A stretch of 64,000 bases of DNA from a virus, in IMG/VR virus record IMGVR_UViG_3300042465_006773, one strand, 5' to 3'. The translations under genes and the position numbers were made by a program. Position 1 is the stretch's first letter; each line of letters opens with the position of its first letter. Below the pieces are notes generated by a model, which was not told the origin of the DNA, did not search any database, and saw nothing but the letters and a program-made list of their open reading frames with translations. Below, one piece after another: positions 57,968-64,000 of this stretch.

Positions 57968-59713
57968 ATGGGAGCATTATTAGAATCAGGTATGGTTGGT
58001 AACATTGGATTAAAACACCTCCGTGTTATCAAAGAAGATACCATTAAAAAATGGGATGAGTTAGGATTCCTTGAGGGTCTTGGCGGTCATCAAAAAGATA
58101 ATATCGCGCAATTATATGAAAACCAAGCGTCATATTTGATAAACGAAGCGGCTGTTGCTGATGCATCAGGTTCATTTGAAACTGTTGTATTCCCAATCAT
58201 CAGACGTGTATTCTCCAAATTGTTGGCGAATGACATCGTATCTGTACAAGCGATGAACCTACCTATCGGTAAATTGTTCTACTTTGTACCTAAAATTCAA
58301 GAAAGACAATCTAACGCAACAGGTGACCACTATCAACCATATGGTTTCCCAAGTTCGTTGACTGACCCTAACACTGGTTATACTGGTATCAACTTGTACG
58401 ACCGCTTTTACGAGACTTCTGAAACCGATGCAGTTACTTCAGGTTTGTTTGATTACTCTAAAGGTTCGTATGCGGCGGTCACCGCTAACCCACATGCGTT
58501 TGTGACTTTCTCAAATGGAACTGCAAGTACATCAGCAGCCGCTTTATCTGGTGCTAGTGTATCAAGTTTCATCATTGCCGTTTCGGGTTTCACAACTTAT
58601 GAAGGTGGTGGAAAATTAGCAGGACCTAACGGTCATCCAATGGATACTGAAGAGTTCTTGGCTTCTTTAACTGTAACAATTGCTGGTAACACTACCACAA
58701 ACAATGGTGCTAAAAATTTCAACGTGGTAACACAGAAATATGGTAAAGGTATCGTAGAATACGGAAGTAAAGGTACAGGTAGAACCGGTAAGTATTTTAA
58801 CGTTTGTGATGCTGAAGGTGTTATTTACTTAAACGTAGATGTTGAAACATACACTAATACTTCAGGGTACACCGGTGCTGATTTCTCTTCTAACGACTTG
58901 GCACTTGCAAATATTACTGTTGCGTGGAGAGAGTACAACTCATTAGAATTTGAGGAAGAAATCGGTGAAGTTTCTTTCGACCTTGAATCAGTAACAGTTT
59001 CTGTGACTGAAAGAAAGTTGAGAGCTAGCTGGTCTCCTGAATTAGCACAAGACGTAAGTGCATTCCACAACATCGACGCTGAGGCTGAATTAACAGCTTT
59101 ATTGTCCGAACAAATCGCGGCAGAAATTGACCGTGAAATTCTTCGTGATATTCGTAAAGGTGCCGCTTGGACCACCAAGTGGGACTACAACGAATGGAAA
59201 TATGGGGCTACAGGTAACGCACCTTTCCAAGGTTACACCCAAAAAGACTGGAACCAAACATTGGTTACCAAGATTAACCAAATCTCGGCTCAAATCCACA
59301 AAACTACCTTAAGAGGTGGGGCTAACTGGATTGTTGTATCTTCTGAAGTATCAGCAGTATTTGATGACTTGGAGTACTTCCACGTTTCAAACGCGGCTCC
59401 TGAGCAAGACCAATACAACATGGGTATTGAGAAAATCGGTTCATTGGCAGGTCGTTACCAAGTTTACCGTGACCCATACTTACCAGCCGGTAAGATTATC
59501 ATCGGTCACAAAGGTAAATCATTGTTGGACGCTGGTTACATTTACGCACCATACGTTCCACTACAATTGACACCTACAATGTATAACCCATTCAACTTTA
59601 CACCGATTAAGGGTATCATGACAAGATACGCGAAGAAAATGGTTAACAACCGTTACTTTGGTGTAATCAACGTTAATGGATTGACTACATTTAGTCTTGA
59701 CACCTTAAGATAA
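57968..59713 (+). CDS. Major capsid protein (T4 gp23-like)
   Basis: VSVQAMNLPIG, RKLRASWSPELAQD, IDAEAEL, EIDREI, YAPYVPL, GIMTRY; codon usage typical of a highly expressed gene. Confidence 0.95.
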   Translation: MGALLESGMVGNIGLKHLRVIKEDTIKKWDELGFLEGLGGHQKDNIAQLYENQASYLINEAAVADASGSFETVVFPIIRRVFSKLLANDIVSVQAMNLPIGKLFYFVPKIQERQSNATGDHYQPYGFPSSLTDPNTGYTGINLYDRFYETSETDAVTSGLFDYSKGSYAAVTANPHAFVTFSNGTASTSAAALSGASVSSFIIAVSGFTTYEGGGKLAGPNGHPMDTEEFLASLTVTIAGNTTTNNGAKNFNVVTQKYGKGIVEYGSKGTGRTGKYFNVCDAEGVIYLNVDVETYTNTSGYTGADFSSNDLALANITVAWREYNSLEFEEEIGEVSFDLESVTVSVTERKLRASWSPELAQDVSAFHNIDAEAELTALLSEQIAAEIDREILRDIRKGAAWTTKWDYNEWKYGATGNAPFQGYTQKDWNQTLVTKINQISAQIHKTTLRGGANWIVVSSEVSAVFDDLEYFHVSNAAPEQDQYNMGIEKIGSLAGRYQVYRDPYLPAGKIIIGHKGKSLLDAGYIYAPYVPLQLTPTMYNPFNFTPIKGIMTRYAKKMVNNRYFGVINVNGLTTFSLDTLR

Positions 59714-59733
59714 TCATAAATTATCTTATGTTT

Positions 59734-59760
59734 AAAAGGGGGACATTGTCCCCCTTTTTT
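59734..59760 (+). terminator. Intrinsic terminator after the capsid gene
   Basis: AAAAGGGGGAC-ATT-GTCCCCCTTTTTT. Confidence 0.9.
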
Positions 59761-59789
59761 ATTGCACCATTCTTTTGTATATTTGTAAT

Positions 59790-59978
59790 ATGGAATCTGA
59801 AAAAATAAAACAAATAACTTACGAGAAATCAAAAAACGGTTATACCGTGGGTATTGATATTAGAGATGAAAAAAACTTAAGTGAAATTGGTAAATTAATT
59901 GTTAAAGGTGACGCCATTAGATTGAATTATTATTGTGATGATAGAATCCATTTTACGTCTAAAGAAAAATTAAAATGA
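59790..59978 (+). CDS. Hypothetical protein
   Basis: ATG 59790 after TATATTTG; stop overlaps the start of the next gene. Confidence 0.55.
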   Translation: MESEKIKQITYEKSKNGYTVGIDIRDEKNLSEIGKLIVKGDAIRLNYYCDDRIHFTSKEKLK

Positions 59979-60424
59979 ATTGGACAGATTATTTTTTAAA
60001 TATTGCTGAAGCAATTAAATTAAAGTCTAAAGATAAATCGACCCAAATTGGTGCTGTTATCGTTGGAAAAGATAATGAAATACTCTCTACGGGTTATAAT
60101 TCTTTCCCAAGAGGTTTAGATGATTCAATTGAAGAGAGACAGGAAAGACCTGAGAAATATTTTTGGTTTGAACATGCAGAAAGGAATGCAATTTTTAATG
60201 CCGCAAGAATTGGTGTTTCTCTAAAAAATTCAACGATTTACATCACTTCAGGTATACCGTGTATGGATTGTGCTCGTGGAATTGTAAATTCAGGTATTAA
60301 GACAGTGTGGTGTAAATATACCTGCACAACAAAAAATAAAGAAAAGTGGGAAGAATCCCAAAAAAGAAGTCTACAATTATTTGATGAGTGTGGTATTCAG
60401 GTGTTTTTTTACTCTGACCACTAA
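59975..60424 (+). CDS. dCMP deaminase
   Basis: SKD.STQIGAVIV, GYN, HAERNAI, PCMDC zinc motifs. Confidence 0.93.
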   Translation: MNWTDYFLNIAEAIKLKSKDKSTQIGAVIVGKDNEILSTGYNSFPRGLDDSIEERQERPEKYFWFEHAERNAIFNAARIGVSLKNSTIYITSGIPCMDCARGIVNSGIKTVWCKYTCTTKNKEKWEESQKRSLQLFDECGIQVFFYSDH

Positions 60425-60670
60425 ATCCCCCGTTCCTTTAATTATTCGATGATACAGACCTTCTGGTATGTAAATTGGGGTATTTTTTTTAATCCTTGTT
60501 GGTAGTTCATTATCAATTTGAAACATCCAATCGGTGTCATGTTCACAAATAACTGTTCGGTCTTCCTCATCAAAATGCCATTTAAGTTCAGTATCTAGTG
60601 TGTTTGAACTAAATGTTCTAATGTAGAATCCTTCTTTTAAATTTTCAGTAAAGGGTAATTTATCTACCAC
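60377..60670 (-). CDS. Small cupin-fold protein
   Basis: WHFDEEDR...IYIPEGLYHRIIKG. Confidence 0.7.
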   Translation of the reverse strand: MVDKLPFTENLKEGFYIRTFSSNTLDTELKWHFDEEDRTVICEHDTDWMFQIDNELPTRIKKNTPIYIPEGLYHRIIKGTGDLVVRVKKHLNTTLIK

Positions 60671-61647
60671 GGACTTGAAGATTTTATTCCAAGTGCTTTC
60701 CTATATCTTGAAATATTACAACTCCAATACCCCGCTGTTGTCCTATCTTTCTTCTGGTCACACTTGTGACGAGCCCTGAACGACTTTGCGGCTTTTGGGT
60801 TATTATTCCTAACTCTCAAATTAGGGTCTCCAAAAGTGACCTTAACAACGTTACCGCTACTATTTTTTACATATACAGCAAATTTCTTTGGGCCACCTGG
60901 TGTTCTGAATGGTTTATTGAGTTTAACGTTTTTACCTCTGTGTTTTGCTTCAACAAGATATTCTTCTTCGTCCAAAATAAATGGAATATCTAAAAATACT
61001 TCTTCCCCTTCGTAAATTCCTGTTTCACCTATGTTTGTTTTTATCAATTCCAAATCATCACCATCAAGTAACAAAACACCTTCATTATATAATCTTCTTG
61101 ATTCATTAAATAAATTAAAGAATTTTTCCGAATATATTCTATAAACATTTTCAATCAGTGGTTTCTGATTATTTATATGATAAGATAAACCCTCACTTAA
61201 TAAGTGATTTTTTGATTCAACTAATGTAAGTAGTCTAGGTGGTAAATAAGTTTCAACTATTTCTTCAACATTTAAATTTATAAAATTTACATTTTCATCA
61301 AATCTTGTGAAAGTAGGTTTATTTCCTTTACCTATTTTAGGTTCTTTTTTTTCCGCGTTTCTTTTTTGTGTCACCATAGATTTTTTTTCTTCTTTTGAAT
61401 AAGAACCAGCGGTTTTTGGGGTATCTTTAGATACTTTTTTTTGTGGTCTACATTTAGGGTAACCTTTTCTATCTTTATCACCATCAGCGTCTTTTCTTCC
61501 ACATGGTGGGTGTTTACCATCTACTTTACGACTCACATCAACCCATTTTTCTTTAAACCAACGTCTAAGGTCTTCTCTTAAAACTTCACCACTTTCAAGA
61601 CATTCTTGAATGTATTTTTTATCTTCTTTATTTACAAGTATTTTCAT
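60664..61647 (-). CDS. Modular basic protein, putative virion-internal
   Basis: LRRWFKEKWVD...CGR...YPKCRP and KKFAVYV...FGDP...SFRARHKC modules separated by LxE motifs. Confidence 0.6.
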   Translation of the reverse strand: MKILVNKEDKKYIQECLESGEVLREDLRRWFKEKWVDVSRKVDGKHPPCGRKDADGDKDRKGYPKCRPQKKVSKDTPKTAGSYSKEEKKSMVTQKRNAEKKEPKIGKGNKPTFTRFDENVNFINLNVEEIVETYLPPRLLTLVESKNHLLSEGLSYHINNQKPLIENVYRIYSEKFFNLFNESRRLYNEGVLLLDGDDLELIKTNIGETGIYEGEEVFLDIPFILDEEEYLVEAKHRGKNVKLNKPFRTPGGPKKFAVYVKNSSGNVVKVTFGDPNLRVRNNNPKAAKSFRARHKCDQKKDRTTAGYWSCNISRYRKALGIKSSSPW

Positions 61648-61654
61648 ATTAAGA

Positions 61655-62410
61655 TTAATTAATATAACAATTTAATTCATATTTTTCACCCATACCATAT
61701 ACTTGAATATGTAACGCTTTTTTTTGTTCTTTATCATCTTTTTTTAGTGTTATGGTGAATCTATTTGTCTTTCCCTCTGATGGTTTTTTTGGGCCTGACC
61801 CAATTTTTTCTGCGGTTTCTTCTTTATCATATGTGTACCCTTTTTTCTCAGCATAATCAAGTGCTGCATTTATTGCGGATGTGTAACTCTTGTGATAGAT
61901 TTCATATGATTTATCGTTTTTTCCCTCATTTATCTCTTCGTTTGTTGCTTTTCTCCATTTACCACCTTTTTGTTTGTATCTTTTTGCGGCTGCACCATTA
62001 CAATACGCACTTGGACAAACATCATATCTTGCTTTGGCCCACGCCAAAGCCGCAGCCCATAACTTAGGATTAGTTGGTTTGTTTTTTCCCTCATCAATAG
62101 ATTTTTCTTCATTCATACTAAATTGACTGAGGTCCGCCCTTACTTTATTTGAAGGTTCAATTTGATTCATTAAAAAATCGAAAACTTGGTCTAAAAGACT
62201 TTTCGCCTCCGCAATGTGGTCTTGAGCCCAATCGTGTTGTTTCATTATTGAATCAATTGTATTTTTATTTTGTTTCATTAACATATTACATTGTCTTCCC
62301 ATTTGTTCAATGTTGTCAAAAAACATATAGTTTTCGGGTCTATTCTCTAATTCTGGTTGTTCAGAAATTACCCTTAAATGTTTTCTTATTATTTTATCTA
62401 AATTTTTCAT
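61655..62410 (-). CDS. Modular putative virion-internal protein
   Basis: DWAQDHI, PTNPKLW...PSAY...YKQKGGKW modules separated by IDEG/INEG. Confidence 0.6.
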   Translation of the reverse strand: MKNLDKIIRKHLRVISEQPELENRPENYMFFDNIEQMGRQCNMLMKQNKNTIDSIMKQHDWAQDHIAEAKSLLDQVFDFLMNQIEPSNKVRADLSQFSMNEEKSIDEGKNKPTNPKLWAAALAWAKARYDVCPSAYCNGAAAKRYKQKGGKWRKATNEEINEGKNDKSYEIYHKSYTSAINAALDYAEKKGYTYDKEETAEKIGSGPKKPSEGKTNRFTITLKKDDKEQKKALHIQVYGMGEKYELNCYIN

Positions 62411-62424
62411 ATATTATAAATATT

Positions 62425-63798
62425 TTATCTTTCTGACAAGATTTCAAACTTGACGTAATTATTGTAAAAAACTTCTTCTGTATATGTTTTTGATTTGAAT
62501 TCCATGTAATATTCTCTTGGAATTAAGTATGATGTATCTAAGTAGAAAGAATTTTCATTTGTAACATCTGTTTTTGTCCAATCAAAAACAACAACATTTG
62601 TTTTTCCTTCTTTTATAAAAATACGATAATACACATCATCAAATAAAACCGTTTTTTGTTGTTCAATTGACTTTAGTTCAATTAGTATTTTCTTTAATTC
62701 TCCTCTAATTATTTTTTCATTTTGTTTTATACCTGAAAATTGTACGATATAATTTTGCGTTTCTTTTGGATTTTCACCAAAACTATATCCAGAAGAAAAA
62801 GATTTTGGTACAAATTTTTGAGTGACATCACTAATTGATACACCATCAATTGATAAATTTTTCCACTTGTCATAATAAAATCTTTTACCATCACAAAGTT
62901 GACCTAATAAACCAAAACTAACTTTATACACACCCTTTCTAATTTTTGTTGTTGTTAACCCTGTAACACCAGTAATTGGTGTTAAACTTGAATTTAACAC
63001 GTCGACAGTTGGGGTGTTATCTAAATCATAAAAATTCGTACCTTTTGTCACATAGAGGTAAAGGTTATTTACTTTGTCCCCAATAAAATTTTGTCTATTA
63101 TCAAATATTCTATCTTCAAATACGGTTTCTACAAATGGTTCAAAAAAAGTTTGAGTGTATTTTGAAAAAAAAGAAACAGATTGTTCAGTAGAATCTGTAA
63201 TCTCTTCATATTCACTATCAAATTTTATCCCTAATCCATAATTGGTATTACCCGATACAACAATTCCATTTACATAACTTGTGATGTCTAAATTGATGTT
63301 TTCGTTACCATTGTCAAAATGAATAGTATCAATTATGGTTGCACCGGTAGAATATACTCCTTGAGTTGTCCATCCACTTATTGTTGTTTTGTTAAACCAA
63401 TTGGATGGTCTTGTATCATATATTTTATCACCAAAATCATCGGTATATTCCACAAATTCGTAATCATAACCAACACCCTCATCCCATGATTCATTTAATT
63501 TAAAAACAACCAAATCAAAAGAGGTTGCTCTTTCTCGTCCATTTGATTTATCATTACCAATTAATTTGGGGTCACCAATGACAGTATTTGTCATTTTTAA
63601 ATAGTGTTTAGTGTTGTTATCTATAACTAAATCACCATTATTAACTTTAGATGTTAATCCACTAAAATTAACGGTAAAAATAAATCTAGAAAACCCCTCA
63701 CCATAATAAATTTCGGTAGTTGGATTTTTGGCGGTATTGACCTCACTATTTTTAATAATAGTGTTATTTTTTGAAAAATAAGAACGATAATATGACAT
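62425..63798 (-). CDS. Putative virion structural protein (beta-rich)
   Basis: 457 aa, T/S/N/G-rich, WDEGVGYD motif, ATATTTAT upstream at 63812-63819. Confidence 0.6.
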   Translation of the reverse strand: MSYYRSYFSKNNTIIKNSEVNTAKNPTTEIYYGEGFSRFIFTVNFSGLTSKVNNGDLVIDNNTKHYLKMTNTVIGDPKLIGNDKSNGRERATSFDLVVFKLNESWDEGVGYDYEFVEYTDDFGDKIYDTRPSNWFNKTTISGWTTQGVYSTGATIIDTIHFDNGNENINLDITSYVNGIVVSGNTNYGLGIKFDSEYEEITDSTEQSVSFFSKYTQTFFEPFVETVFEDRIFDNRQNFIGDKVNNLYLYVTKGTNFYDLDNTPTVDVLNSSLTPITGVTGLTTTKIRKGVYKVSFGLLGQLCDGKRFYYDKWKNLSIDGVSISDVTQKFVPKSFSSGYSFGENPKETQNYIVQFSGIKQNEKIIRGELKKILIELKSIEQQKTVLFDDVYYRIFIKEGKTNVVVFDWTKTDVTNENSFYLDTSYLIPREYYMEFKSKTYTEEVFYNNYVKFEILSER

Positions 63799-63823
63799 CA
63801 GTTTTTATATAATAAATATCAAT

Positions 63824-64000
63824 TTAGTTGATTTTAATTGAGGTATTTACCAACTCTTGTCTTAATCTATTATATAATCTTTCCAACTCAGTGTGAGCGT
63901 CGTAATCAGATTTAACGTATGGCTTATTAATGTTGTGTACGTGGGTGGTTAATACATTGTACACCGCATCTATAAAACTTAATAATATTTCACCTCGAAC
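63824..64000 (-). CDS. C-terminal part of a putative baseplate hub/spike protein (runs off the window)
   Basis: In-frame VRGEILLSFIDAVYNVLTTHVHNINKP...SIKIN*; HxH motif typical of spike tips. Confidence 0.5.
   Translation of the reverse strand, partial: VRGEILLSFIDAVYNVLTTHVHNINKPYVKSDYDAHTELERLYNRLRQELVNTSIKIN

Noticed and set aside
50850-59713. Introns or inteins in terminase, portal or capsid genes
   Set aside because: ORFs are continuous, of ordinary length, and show no intein or homing-endonuclease motifs.
2569-62436. Numerous short antisense or overlapping ORFs in the track (e.g. 2569, 7847, 26764, 38123, 56767, 58825)
   Set aside because: Shadow frames of well-supported genes on the other strand or frame.
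1-64000. Alternative genetic code (stop-codon recoding)
   Set aside because: Standard-code ORFs tile the window densely, conserved genes are intact, and no suppressor tRNA is present.

Overview
A 64-kb AT-rich segment of a large T4-like (myovirus-type) jumbo phage, most likely infecting a Bacteroidota host. Evidence for the host: TAnnTTTG promoters, A-rich SD-less translation starts, a T9SS C-terminal sorting domain, a Bacteroidota-type bS21 and a Gly resume codon in the tmRNA. Left to right: nuclease and nucleotide-metabolism genes (0-3.7 kb); a ~20-kb glycosylation and nucleotide-sugar island (3.8-24.2 kb); putative virion-internal proteins (25-30 kb); an RNA-gene cluster with a ~100-nt sRNA, a tmRNA, a ~850-nt highly structured ncRNA and four tRNAs (30.2-33.1 kb); an operon of exported or surface proteins (CsgG/HfaB-like, T9SS cargo with cohesin/dockerin-like modules, beta-barrel, C-type lectin; 33.2-40.8 kb); an RNA-repair module, a second sRNA, a ClpC-like ATPase, Hsp20 and SLOG/KTSC/nucleotidyltransferase genes (41-47 kb); and the head module (terminase, portal, bS21, prohead protease, scaffold, major capsid protein; 50.8-59.7 kb), followed by dCMP deaminase and further structural genes. 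The most striking unexplained signal is a pair of small non-coding units 13 kb apart (30245-30345 +, 43087-43180 -) that are extensively complementary to each other. One of them carries a 13/14-nt complement of the Bacteroidota 16S rRNA 3' tail, in a phage that also encodes bS21. All calls are by-eye motif recognition; no database searches were run.
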